A stretch of DNA of 64,000 nt. Origin: Balanoglossus misakiensis (lineage: Eukaryota; Animalia; Hemichordata). Below the pieces are notes generated by a model. The model was not told the DNA's origin. It did not search any database and worked only from the letters and a program-made list of their open reading frames with translations. Every line of letters begins with the position of its first letter. The stretch's first letter is position 1. Positions 14,508 through 27,600 of the stretch are shown here, piece after piece. A program made the position numbers and the translations under genes. The DNA lies in contig CM082598.2 in NCBI GenBank assembly GCA_040954595.2, positions 3,169,154 to 3,233,153 on the forward strand, in the 5' to 3' direction.

Positions 14508-17500
14508 TCAACTACTCGAATCGTCCTCGTCCTCGGACAATCGCAATTTTTGCCTGTGTCTAATCTGTTCAAGCGCCGCTTCCCTTTTCTTCAGAAGTTC
14601 TTTCAGTTTTCTGATCCTTTCGTCCTGGATGCTTTCCCTGGGTCGCTTTGCCGGGGAATGTGTCGTTGTCGTTGGCAACGCCGACGACGACGACGGGGCG
14701 TCAATCTCCTCTTCTGTTAAGTGCGTCTCGGCGAGAGAGCGCAGATCCTGCTTGCGTTTGCGCGTCATGATTTCCGCGTTCTTCGCCTGCGCCACTTTCG
14801 CGCTGTGCCTGGTCGACCTGGAGGGCGACGCGGCAGACGGCGACGACGAGGGTACGGGCGGCCGGGAGGCGACGCTCGCTACCGCCCGTGATGTCGGCGG
14901 TGATGACAACGTCGGCGTCATTGTTGACGGTGTCGTCACTTTGAGGAGCGACACGGTCGGATTTAGCCTCGCCAGGCTGGCGGTGGTCAGAGGTTTCGTC
15001 ACTTCGAGGACTTTCGACTCAACTTTTTCCGATTTGATTTTCGTGACTGTGCTCACGCGTTCGTTACCCTTGACGACGGCGGTTGACGGTAATGGCTGAC
15101 GGGCAGCAGTACTTGTTTGTGTATTAGTCTTATTAGTGAACAGAACCTTCATTGGTTTGTCGGCAATGTTCCCGGCGATTGTGGCCATTTCGCTTAATTT
15201 TTCAGCGGCCGACTTGAATTGCAATATTGTCGTCTCCCCTGTGGGATTTTTCACCAGATAGGTGGACATCCCCGTTTTTGTTGCTTTCATAGCAGTCCCA
15301 GGGGGATGCACGACGATTGTTTTAGTCTCACCCGTCGAGGCGACAGTGGTGGTGGACGACGATGATGATGGCTGTTCTGTGGTGGATTGGGCAGGGGGTG
15401 CCACTACGGTCCACTTCATGGGTTCCCCGGGCTTTCTCTCGGCGCTTGCCGGCGTGACCACCATGGTGTTGGGCGACGTCGCCTTCTGGATGGTGATGGC
15501 GCTCGGCGTCGGCGGGATGACGTTCTGCTTGGTGACGATGACGTAATGCTTCTGAATGGTGGTGGTTTCGCGGAAAGCAGGTTTCGGTGATGACGACGCA
15601 GCCGGCGATGACGCCAAGATGCGCTCGTTACTGGCGATGATTTCCGCGCACTTGTTGACTATGGCGGACGCGACTTCGGTGGAGCTCAGCGTCGAAGCGG
15701 TGGTGCTAGCCATCGGGGCCTCAGCCGATGCTTCGACGGCAGTTCCACGCAGGGCTTTCTCATAGCCCGTATCGGGGGGCTCTTCCTTCACTCGTATCTT
15801 AAAATCATCATATCCAGACTCGATTTCGCCTATTGGTTTCTCCACGCCCGTATGCCACGTTGTTTCCGGGTCCATCTTTTCAGTTTTAATCTTGATTTTA
15901 TTCTCCTCGGCAAACAGTTCCTCGGCAGACGTCCCCGACAGAGTGTACACGGAATCGATTTTAAACATCGGACCATCATCGCCTCCGTTTTCCTGTTTGT
16001 CCGCATCCGCCGGGGATGGCGCCATTTCTGTCAGTTTTGTGTCCTCCGCCTTTATGTAACTGGGGGCGCTCTCTGGTTGCATCGCACTACTGATGGAGAC
16101 AGGAACGACCGGATTCACCTTGGCAACGTTCGCGTTCACTGAACTGACGGCAGATATGCCTTTAAGTAGTGTCGGCGGGGTATTTGTCTGAATTGCGGAC
16201 ACGATCTTGGCGCCTGCAGGTAGAGCTAGAATCTTTCCAACTGTCGTCGTCTTCTGGGGTTCAAAAAATGTGGTGATTTTTTGGCTTCCCCCGTTGCTCT
16301 GCGTTCGCTGCATCGGCATGACGGCTGATACCTTGGCTGGAGTCTGCGAGATCTGGGCCCCACCGGTTCTCTGCGAAAGGGGCTTCGGCGCATGCGTCGT
16401 TTCAGTCTTCCCCTGGGGCATGGTGATGGTTATGTTTTGTGGTCCTCCGGTGCCGGGGGTTAGAATCAGCTGGATAGGTTTGCCTGTTAGAGCAGACTGG
16501 CCGGTTATAGGGATAGCGGGAATCGTTTTGAGTGTCGCCGTCCCCGCTGTTCCCGATCCAACGGTGAAGACAATCGGTTTCTGGGGCAACGACGAACCGC
16601 CCGTCGCCGGGTTCGCCAGATTCCCGACAAATATGGTCTGCGGTGATTTGGCGACCTGCGACGCCGCACTGGTGACGACAGTGGAGATTTGCGAGCTCGG
16701 CACGGTCTTGATGACTCTCCCCGCCAGCTGGCCGCCGGTGGTCCCGTCCTTTTTGTCCACGTTGAGTTTCAGCACCTGCAGATTGTCCAGGCAGATTTTC
16801 TTGTGGGTTGCGCTGGCCACTTCCGGGGAGAGCTGCACCTGCAGCGACACCGGCACAGTCGCGGCCGATGCCGGGATCGTTGTCACTTTCCCCGCGGCCG
16901 GTTTCTGAACCCCCGTGGCCGCGACCACTTTCCTCGAGACAGAACCTTGCGGCTGCGCAGCGGCGACCTGCGGTTTATGCTGCACCGATGGTCCACCCTT
17001 GGAGCCAGGCTGCGGGATTCTGACGGCCATCTTCTGCCCCGAGTTGATGTTGATGGCGGTGAACACACTTGAAGTCCCCGCTACCGCTTTCATTTCCTCC
17101 GGCGAAGCGGGCACGTAGGCACATTCCGTTTTGCCGTCTTTCGTCCAAAACAGCTTCTTACATATCTGATACTGAACAGTCAGTGTTTGATTTGAAACGG
17201 GTCTGCAAGAAATTGAAAGAAGTACTTCCTTTTAAAAATGGCGACACTTCTAGTTCAAGTACAGAGGCACCTTTAAAGATTCAGGTTCACACGAGAAGAC
17301 AGACACGATAAACAGCCAGAGAGATATACAGGCAGGCGACCAGACATATCACTTGACTTTAAAATGATAGGACTTCTACCAAATTTACCCCCCCCCCCCT
17401 AGACTATAATATTTGGCAATGTGGAAAAAAACATGCCTACTTTTGTATTTGTCATTTCTATGCTTCGATATACGCCCCCTTCATTCGAGCGCATTCCTAC

Positions 17501-19299
17501 CATCAACAATGACATTCTGCGCAATATGTTAATATCAAGCAATCTGTCTCTTCCCCGCGGTTGCGTAGCAACGGACATATAAAATGCAGAGCATGCTGGG
17601 CTGCGCGTGCGCAGTCAGCAGAAAGGAATAGTGCCGACTTTTCAACTAGCTCCGTGTTGAATATACGTAAACAGGGAGAGGATTACATTGCTGCGTCAGT
17701 TGAGCATTCCCCGTGATTCAGTGTCGAATCCTAAGATCTGGGTATTCCTGCCTATAGAGGAAATATGGTGCCTTGGAACAATTTTAACACCGACGCACTC
17801 CGGCCCACTGCTAAGTGCTTGGTAAATTTGAAGAAGGCAAATTGTAGGCTACATGTATTTTACAGGATTCGAACGCAGACCTCGTACGCAGTAAAAAATG
17901 TCGCTCGCGACTCTCGCGACTAGATAGAGACTCCGCGACGGATAGTATCCTCATTTGTTATAATCACGTGTAATACCGATGTCACAACCGAAGCCAGATC
18001 AGCAATGGCCGCGCAGCAGATACGTCAAGGACTAACTTGGCGAGTGCATGATTATAGCCACAAGATTCGCGAAATGGATAAGCATTAGAAAACAGAAAAC
18101 GTGTCACGTGACCACATTTCAAGGTTATGGAGACCACGGGCGAGTGATCATTATAATCTAAAATGAGCGGTACATGTAGTCCAGAAATAGTCAGACAATG
18201 ATCATGTATCAGTAATATTCCACGAACTCGGCAGAAAGCACATTTTGTTACAATTTAAGCTTATAAACGATGACAATTGTCTTTCCGAGGAGATTTTGAA
18301 TTTGGCGTTCCCTCAAAACATCGCACTTCACACGTCATCCCAAAATATTGAAGACCCCTAACCTTTCGGCGATGAACGTCACGATCTACGCTCTTTCCGC
18401 CCCTCGGCACAATTACTTACTGCTTAATCCGTGTCGTCCCTTGCGACGAATAAAACGCGGGGACATTTCTCTGAACGACCGTCTAATGTTCGGTACAAAA
18501 TGCCGGTCGAGGGCTGGATTGAATCTGCAGCACGCATGCGTCAGTGGGGATAAATTCGTAGTCTCTCGTCGGAAAATGTGTGTAGGGCGGATATTATACG
18601 AAATAAAATAGCATTTCCCATTCAGCCAATTACAAAAACGGAGAAAATTAAAACTTGGACAGCTATTATTTCATCTTTAGCTGAAAATCAACAGTCTCGT
18701 AATTTTAGTTTTAGTTTAAACATTTGAACTGGATCAGTTTCATCTGGCAGTCTTTATAAAACAATCACATCAAACACAAAAAATCAACCATGTAAATAAA
18801 CACTATAAACAAAATTGCACAAACTCCCCAGTACAACTTATAATAATGATTTAATATGTGGTGATTTGCAATTAAAATAATTTGTGCAGGAGACATGAAA
18901 TTCAATGAGAAATTACCGTTGTTGCATAAAACTGTTGTAATAATTTATTCACATCTGCTTACCATGTTAAAACGAATAGTGACTTTGAACATTTCAACTT
19001 TTATAGCCACAGTAGAACAAGTAAGAAATGGGGCATCATATAACATCTGCCAAGTACAATTCTGAACATGTTATCTTCATAACACATCATATAACGCCAT
19101 TTATCAATAATTTATTCATAATTAATGTATGGCTGAGCAACTTACTGGAGGAACCAAAGATGTGTTTTGGGGGGAGTGCTACATAATGAATGATAAACAA
19201 AAATACTAACCCTCGTACTGGCAATGCAAACATTTGTGGAACGAAGTTGGCGCCTGTCGAGACCTTAGCCAGAGTCGTTGTACTTGTAGTCGCCGCCAT
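14508..19299 (-). CDS. LRIF1: 927-aa low-complexity nuclear protein, LRIF1-like (copy A); exons 19299-19211 and 17202-14508
   Basis: Exon 1 MAATTSTTTLAKVSTGANFVPQMFALPVR ends GG|gttagt (phase 2). Acceptor ttcttgcag|A at 17204-17203 joins in frame (G-PVSNQTLTVQYQICKKLFWTKDGKTECAYVPASPEE...) to the 868-aa ORF. C-terminal IQDERIRKLKELLKKREAALEQIR resembles the vertebrate LRIF1 coiled coil (recalled as RDEKIRRLKQVLREKEAALEEMR). PxVxL motif PTVSL and several psi-KxE SUMO sites are present. Gene structure is firm; the name is moderately supported. Confidence 0.7.
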
Positions 19300-19311
19300 G
19301 CTGGGGGGTCG

Positions 19312-19353
19312 GTCACGTGACTCAAAGACCCGCGTTCTGAAGGTGAAAGGTCA
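19312..19353. promoter_or_regulatory. Proximal promoter motifs of copy A: palindromic E-box GTCACGTGAC and DR1 element AGGTGA-A-AGGTCA
   Basis: Motifs at 19312-19321 and 19341-19353, just upstream of the ATG. Confidence 0.5.
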
Positions 19354-22300
19354 ACTTTGGCCTGGTGAACTTCCTACCTGGCCGTGCCGAGCGGCCGTGT
19401 TGTCAGTGTTCGGCAGAACTGCAACAAAATGATACGGCTGAATCTGATTTTATACTATACGAGGGTACCTATCTTTTTCATGTTCAAGTTATAAAAAGGT
19501 GTAAAGAAATAAGCTTTTGCTACGGCCATGTACATGGGCCTATAAGTCAATGTGTATGGCGATACTGTCAGTGTCTAACTTCTAAGTTGATACATATAAT
19601 GATTGTTTTTAATGAGAGGGATTGAGGGACCCAGAAGGGCATACACGTGTTCGTCAGGTAAATGTGGGTCATGAGTATCATTTGCGCGGCGACATAAACA
19701 AGATGTCGATGGCGGATCTACCATTGCTGAAACGTTCATCCAAAATGCATTGTTACACTTGACATGGGATTACATAACTGTGTCTGGTAGCTTTACTGTA
19801 GATTCACAACAAATATGAGTAAACCAAGATTATCTTCGTTGTATTCATGCGTCTACGGTTTTCATTCAAACCGGTCTAACCCGCCGTCTCGTACTCGTTA
19901 TTTTGAATCAAAATTGACAACGTGGGTGGATGCATACCCACATCTCCCAAAATGCACTGCATTGTTTGACGCTGATGGCCGCCGCGACCTCGAGCAGACG
20001 CGCCAAAATTCTGCCTTCACCTACCTCGTTCACGTCCTCAAATAGACGACACTGCCGTGTGATATTCATGGGCACGTACAGTGTTGCCTGTGTGAAGCAC
20101 GAGTTCAAATATCGTCCTTCGCGAGAATGCGTTAGATAGTGTCGCCGTTTTCTGAGGTACAAATATGGTGGTGTATATATACAATAAACAGGAGGTGCGC
20201 AGTGATGTACTGCGCATCTGATTACGTATGCGAGGACGGGCGGTAACTGACGTGACGATGACGTGGGGCCCATAGCTAAAGACTGAAGCGAGGCTAGTCG
20301 GCTGTACATTTCACTCTCCGGAAATGTACCTATTTGCCAGGCGTTCGATGAGCAAAATATCTCGTTTGCATTATTCAACCCATCCCAAGGCCTAACTCGT
20401 TGCTACAGCACAGTACAAGAGCCCAGTGTGTTACTGAATGTGATTGGTACAGTGGGAGTTGTTTGTTCGCACTTTCTGTGAACACCAGCACCGAACTCAA
20501 AAACAGACAAGCCTACCGCGATAAATTCAACCCAAGGTCGATACTATTTCAAAATGCTACTGCGCACACTCCGTGCCTATTTGGGTCAAAGCTGAACAAT
20601 TGTGATATTTGTCAGCTTCTGTCGCGCGTCATTACAGACAATGGTCATTCTTTTAAAGTATGCGGACAAGGCCTACAGACTTCTAACAATCTCTCAACAA
20701 ATTATGGAGATGAGGATTTCATTTTCCCTATTCTAAAATTCTCGCGCAAAGTGAAGTGCATTGTATCTATAATTCGACCCGAAAGAGTAGTTGATACAGA
20801 ACCAAAAAAAAACACTGAACATTGCCAAAACGTACAGCTGTCCATGTATAATGCTGTTTTTATATTTAAACCAGACAGGGTTTCAGCAGCAAGCAAAAGT
20901 GTCTTATTTTCATCATGCAAATGTTCCTACCACCGTGGCAGCTTTGTGCACCGGTTCAAATATGGGTTATTTCGGCTCTTTTTCTCTTTATTCGCGTGGA
21001 ATCATGTGTCGGAGACCTGCCATTATAATACACGCCGAAAATTATTAATCAAACGAACGGATAGTCAATAATCTTTCTTTTCGAAGCGAAAAAGCATGTA
21101 CATATAGCTCGCGCTGTAACGTGTACGCTCAGATGAAATCCGGGTCATGTTGTTGAGCTGCGTGCGAGCTCAGTGACGGGTTACTGACCTCGGAGTTGTT
21201 AGGAACGCATTGTGCTAGTCACGTGATATGCCAATCAATCAAGGATCAGGACGTTCTGGCACTCAATGCGCATGCACGGATTTTGTGGTATATATTCAGC
21301 CTGGCCCTGGCTTCTACTGATTAGACAGAGACAGAGTTGAATACATCAAATACCGAAATTCCCGTATATCAGTATCTGTCGATTTACGTTGTCAATGATA
21401 CCGACTTTGAGAAAAGCAACTGCTGATTATAATTCAGCCTATAGGCTATATGTTCACCCACGTGGCATCGCCAGTGTGGAGCGTTCAGTCACACCCGTAT
21501 CACAGCGCACAGACATAGGGTTCGATCACACCGTTTCTACAGAGAGTACGCTGGCTGACAACGAAGCAAACAGCTCGCTGTATTCCGTGCATGCGCAGAA
21601 GAGGTGTTTTAACCAATGCGACCTCGTTTGTTGTCGTGACCCAATATAGTTGGCAGAATAGCAGCATCGAAGCATTTACACTTTGCCTGTTGTTCTTAGG
21701 GTCGATAGTAACCCATTCGGCTGTATGTGTCATGAAATACACAAGTCGGATTTGCTGGAAAAGTCCTATTCAGCCATTTCATGACGGAAAGGGTAGACAG
21801 AGTTGTTCAGTCAGGAGAAACTATTGTACCACCACTGCAGGTCGACAGCTAGTGGTTTCCATGGGATGATATAACAGTAATATAATTCAACGTGGTATTA
21901 AACTGGTAACATCCTGGAGGCAAAATAAAATGATCCAAGGATAGATTCAATAATCGAATTTTCTCTCAAAACACTGCAACAGTGAAGAATGGAGAACATA
22001 AACAATTATTGATAAAGAATGAAATGTTTATCGAATTTGTCCATTTGCTTTTAGATGACCATGATGCAGAAGGTACGACTTTAATGTAGCCTGGCAGTTA
22101 TGTCACCCCGATCTGACACTGCCCCCTCCATTGGAAATCTCCCACAGTGCATTGCTGACGGAAAATCCGACGCTGATGCTGGAAAATGGCTGACACCTGT
22201 CTTCACAAAGAAATCTGCGATCTCAAGTAAGTAATATTTATTGACTTATTATACCAAGATCACTGACTGCTCATGTCTGTGCAGTGTGAGTGACTCCATC

Positions 22301-24376
22301 TGACCGAGTCGGGGAAAAATATGTGCGGTTCTCATAACCGGACATACACAAATGAGAACCTGCAGATCCTATTTTTTACATCCGTATCAATACGGAGGTG
22401 AAATACATTGCAGGTTCTTTGCATGAGAATAAGCGAGATGTTCTTGTCGAGCTATTTCAAGCATAGACAGCACGGCCTGTGTTTCAAGGAAGGTGTTTTG
22501 AAATTGAACAGACTGTTGGTAGGTGGCGCACTTTGCGAAAGCAGCCCAGAGTTTAGGGAGCTGTAAATTGTAAAGACAAACCTATCTTATGACGTAAACC
22601 ACAGACGTGACGACGTCATGTACTTTAAACCTTCGTTGCTTATCCGTATTGTTACAAAAGCTTGTTGCTAGTAGTAGTTAAACTAAACGTATACGAGAAA
22701 CGGCGTCGTATATTTGCATTCTGGGCTCATATGATGGTGCATTTCGCCAACCGTACGTATATAACTTGAATCTGAGTCAATGAACGGGTTTTACGTTCGT
22801 GTTCCCCGGATCCTGTTTTATCATTCATTTGGCAATGTTGATTGCTTTCCAGTTGAGTACACCTTGCGGTGGTCGTTCAGTTAACAATAACACAGTGAGT
22901 GCATTTCAGTTGATGCCTGTATTGGTAATATTGTAATTCTGCCTCGTGGGCCCAGACGTTGTGTATACAGAGTAAAACAAGATTCGTTGTCCTAGAAAAT
23001 CTTGCCAACAATGTGAACATTCCGTTCGCGAGAATCCAATCCCGTGGCAAGATACGTCAATCAGTGTGAGGATTGAGCTCTGGAGGAAACAGACGCCTCT
23101 CAAATCTTTATTTTTTATGATTGTGTAGAATCATGTTATATTTGTTGGTTGGTTATGTTTTTTGTCAAACTAAACGTTTCTGTGGCGACCTTAGATTTCC
23201 TGTCATAGTGGAGAATATTTGAGGTATACATGATCAATATGTATGTGATAAAGGCCATATGTTTGAATCCGCACTGTGTCACGATGAATTCAAGTTTGGA
23301 CGATTTAACAGTGATAGACGCGAGCTGCATGTATGGATCGAGCGACACCTCACGACGACAACGTGTACAACCCCCTAGCTTAATCTTAAAAATTCGCCCA
23401 CTCAGCATCTATTAGTATTTGCTGTGACATAAATCAAGCATGTGCTATTTCAATATACAATTCAGTGTCGAGCCAATTGAGTTTTCCAAAGTACACTTTT
23501 CCTGAACTGTAATTTCATCATGGCGGGGAAATGAAACCGAATTCTTTCCTTGCAGTGCAGGATTTATGGTATATTCGTAACAAACGGGATATCTCGTAAA
23601 TAAGTGACATTTTGCTTAAATATTAAAATGTATGGACGTGTTCCTGTGTGTCGTTGTAATTGTGTCAGGGGTCACTGAGTACCCGTGGGCTGGGCGACTG
23701 TAACTCTTTATATTACTCTTTCGTTTTGAAATGCTGTTGGATGGTAGTGCACACTCTGTTCCAAAATAAGATTTAATATATCAGATACAAAAAAAAACGG
23801 TTTCCAAGAACAGTTTCCCACCCTGCTGACAGGAAAATGGACGTACTATTTCCGTGAAGATGTTTAGGTCCAACATATGTTTTAGTGGTCGTACTTTGTT
23901 TGAAGGACAAAGGTTGGATTGTGTAGTTAGTTTTACGGTAGTTTATTAACGTCGACAGAATCAAAGTTCGTGGCTCAAAGGTTGTTATGGGTAAACACTG
24001 CAATTGTATAGTGGTTATTTTCATGCTAATCGTTTGCTTTCTGGACCGACTTTTCGATAATGACATCCGCTTAGGCACTGTACTTAATATGTAATTAGTT
24101 GAATTTCTTGACTCGGTACGTAAATATCACGAATATCAAATGATAAAACGGCACTGGTTAGACGTGACCTTTACGTACAAAACGCTACCTGACGTCCTTT
24201 AAACAACGAAGAAAAACAACACGGCAGATTTCACGACACTAGATATATTCCACGACATAGCCAAATAACCCCAATACATACTTAACCCTATATACGTCAC
24301 AAATAACACAAGTTACCATAGCGACATCACGGCGGTGTTGTGTCGTCAGCGATAAAATATCTCAGTACAATAACCA

Positions 24377-24390
24377 GGGGTCAGAGGTCA
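24377..24390 (+). promoter_or_regulatory. DR1 nuclear-receptor element (GGGTCA-G-AGGTCA) upstream of copy B
   Basis: Near-consensus DR1 about 210 bp before the 24601 ATG; YY1-like ATAATGGCG at 24451-24459. Confidence 0.45.
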
Positions 24391-24600
24391 GCAGTGACAC
24401 CGTGTCGTCGACCGAACTTGGGACGCAGGAAAAAAAACCGTCAGCAGAAAATAATGGCGACCGAGTTATCGCGTTCACCTTTGCGCAACAGTAGCGCGAG
24501 CAACAACCGCTTCTGGTAAACACGGTAAGTGGAACGCAGAACAGTGACCCGACACAAATAGCAGAGACAGACTGAAAAAGGAGATATTAACACTGGTAAT

Positions 24601-27600
24601 ATGGCCAATACCTATGGCGCAGACACTCCAATGTTTACCATAGAAGCCGTCTACAGCTTGTCGGAAGACGCCACCGCGGACTTGTACGGACAAGAGTTCG
24701 CCAAAAGCCACCAAGCGCCTTTCGGCGGAGCCCCGTTTCACGCAAGCGTTTCTGACCATGACTGTCAGGAGAAGAGCGGGGTTCCTGGACAAGATGTCGC
24801 CGGGGCGGCGGGGCGATCGAGCACCTGTGTTTCGAAAGGGACGGAGAATCGAAACGACAACTCGTCGTCTGATGACGCCGAACTGCCTGAACTCATTTCA
24901 GTCAACGCCCGCACAAGTCGAGTCGTTCATCCCAGCCCGGGCGACACGCTTGCTAAGCCGGTGCCTTTAAAAGCGCAAGTAAAATCTACGATTTCGGCAC
25001 CGGTTTCTAAGAAGGAAATGATTTTAAGCAGACTTCGTCGAGAAAATGTGTTGCTGTCACCAACAATTGTGGGCCAAACTCAAGAAGCAACAAACAAAAC
25101 AGTGGCCCCAGCCAACGCAGCGAGTACAGTTTCTACAACGGAAAAAATCAAGCTGGTCGACCTTAGTCCTCGGCAACAAAGGAATGCACCTAAAACACCC
25201 ACTGTCAATCCAGCGAGGGCAAGAGTTCAGGGCGAACCAAACACCGTCACCGGGCCACCTAACTACGTCGTCAGCGACCCCAGCGGGAGGGCGGTTGTCC
25301 TGATCCAATCGGCAGCTGCTAAGCTTACAGAAATGGCTCGTTCCTTGTCTAACCAAGTCGGTTCAACACACACAGCTTGGGGGAACGCCACCATCAGACC
25401 CGGGTATGTAAGGAAGGGCGATTTCAGCGAAGACAGGCAGTGTGTTGTTCAAAATCTCAACCCTGCCCTCGCTGTTGATACCACCAAAATAACGCACTCC
25501 AGCAATTCCCCTTTCTTGAATCGCCCGCTGGAGTGTGAAGTCGACGTGACTCGAGAAGAAGTCCGTTTTACAAACCAGTCTAGTTCGCACCAGAGCAGTA
25601 ACTCTACGCGGCATTCCAGCGACACCCCGGCGAAACGCAAAGTTACTCGGCGTGGTGGTGTCAAAAGTACCGCTCAAAAAGACAAAGTCCGACGACGTCG
25701 AACCCGGAAAAAACAAGAAACACCAAATTCCGAAAAGACAACAGACAGAAACTGTCAAGTTTTTCAGAAAAGTTTTGCTCAGCGCCACCCACATATCACC
25801 CAAGTACTAAATTGCCGACTCAACGAAAACGACAATTCTTTGAGCACATCGTCGGCGGATAATCCGATTATTAGCATGGGCAATCGACGCATAGATGTGG
25901 CGCAACCGACCACACCGCCAAACAAGGAGCATTTGCACAGCAAAGATCGCTGTATAGAGACAACCACTTTGAAAGGGACCGACCCTATCAACCGACAGAA
26001 TGCCGTGCAAATAGATTCAATCGAGCGTGTGCCAGGGCTTTCCACGCAACAGACAAACTATCCAGTAATGAACAGGCAGTTTCATCCAGGACCAAATCAA
26101 GTCATTTCCAATCACGACACAGTAAACCAGCCAATCGGCCAACGTGACGTAAGACTCCAGCCAATCAGCCAACGCGACACAAGAGACCAGCCGATTGGCC
26201 AACGCGACACAAGAGGCCAACCAAATAGCCAACGCGACACAATAAAACAGCCAATCGGCCAACCTAACACAGCACACCAGCCAAGAAGCTACTTTTCCGC
26301 AAGATATGAAAATAACCAACAGACCAAGCTTCCCATACCAAGTATCAATTTTCACCAGACCGACCGCTTTCCGTTGGAAAGAAGTTCCAGTGACCACGCA
26401 ATCAGCAGACCTGCCTCGGCGCTTGAACTTGAACCCAGCACCCGAGCATCGAACCAAATTACTCGGCCCTTGGGGGCGCGGGCTGACATTGAGCAACAGC
26501 CTCGCTTCTCATCGATGCCAAATCTGGCCTGCGACCACACCCAACAACCAGAACTGAGTGGACGCCACCTCTACAACCGCGACGGAGATATCAGAAGCGC
26601 GCCACCACCCGAGCCGCCGAGAAACGAAATTTCACACAATGTTGGGCAGAGCGAAAATTCGAACCGTGGGAGTTTGAGTCACGCAGAACCAACACGTGTT
26701 TTCGAAGAACGGGAAGATGATGACGTCACGACCGTATCCGAAACATCTGGTCACTTGAAGACGCTCACAAAAATCATACACAAAGCGGGGTTTACCTACC
26801 AACAGCAAAACGACATACTACAGGCAGTTGCCAACAGCAACAAGAAATTCAACAAACTAAAATACTGTGGGACGCCTGCGGCCGCGCAGAACAGGAAACG
26901 GAAGCGGGACGTGCGCAGTGGTGACCAAAGTGCCAAGAAGGCGAAATCTGACATACCCGAAAAACAAGGAACGGGAACCAACAAACAAAATGGCGACGCC
27001 AATGAGAACGAAAAGCTGAATGAGTCTGCTAAAAGTCGAACTGCAGATGTCGATGAACCAGTGTGTCGGCCTCAACAGGACAACACGTCATCCACGCCAG
27101 ACGTTGCAGAAGAACTTCCAATCACGGAGATAGTCCAACCAGTAGATACAGAAACAGCAGAAAAAGTTGTTCACGTGACCGAGTGTCGTACCAGCCAACA
27201 CCGTAGCGAACCGCTTTCACCCCAACAAAAACAACCCACAGAATCGCCGCCCGTCTCTGCAGCCGATGACACACAGGACGTCGTCGGCGGCGAAAATGAA
27301 AGCGGAACGAAGGCAGAGACCAAGAAAATAGAATCAGGCACAATTTCAAGTCCAGCGACACATTTTGTCACAAGGAGGCGACGACGCCGCCGCCGACGTG
27401 TATTCACACCTATTCGGCATAAACACCGCAAACAGTACGGCAACGACAAAGCCACCCGCGGCCGTCCACCAAATACAAAACGACAGGAAAGTAGTTTGCG
27501 TGCAACAAGTCATACGACGGAGACAAGCATTTCGACTCTGCCCGCACAAGGGGAAATACTGACCCCCATGCAAACCACAGGTGTTGCAGAGCGTTGTGCC

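Noticed and set aside
14629-17118. Several plus-strand ORFs up to 233 aa
   Set aside because: Antisense shadows of the GC-rich 927-aa gene
20400-21071. 223-aa ORF between the paralogs
   Set aside because: Non-ATG start, no recognisable motif, composition typical of non-coding DNA
26098-26283. Regularly spaced 30-bp repeats as a CRISPR-like array
   Set aside because: Contiguous tandem units without unique spacers, in frame within a eukaryotic ORF, and no cas genes
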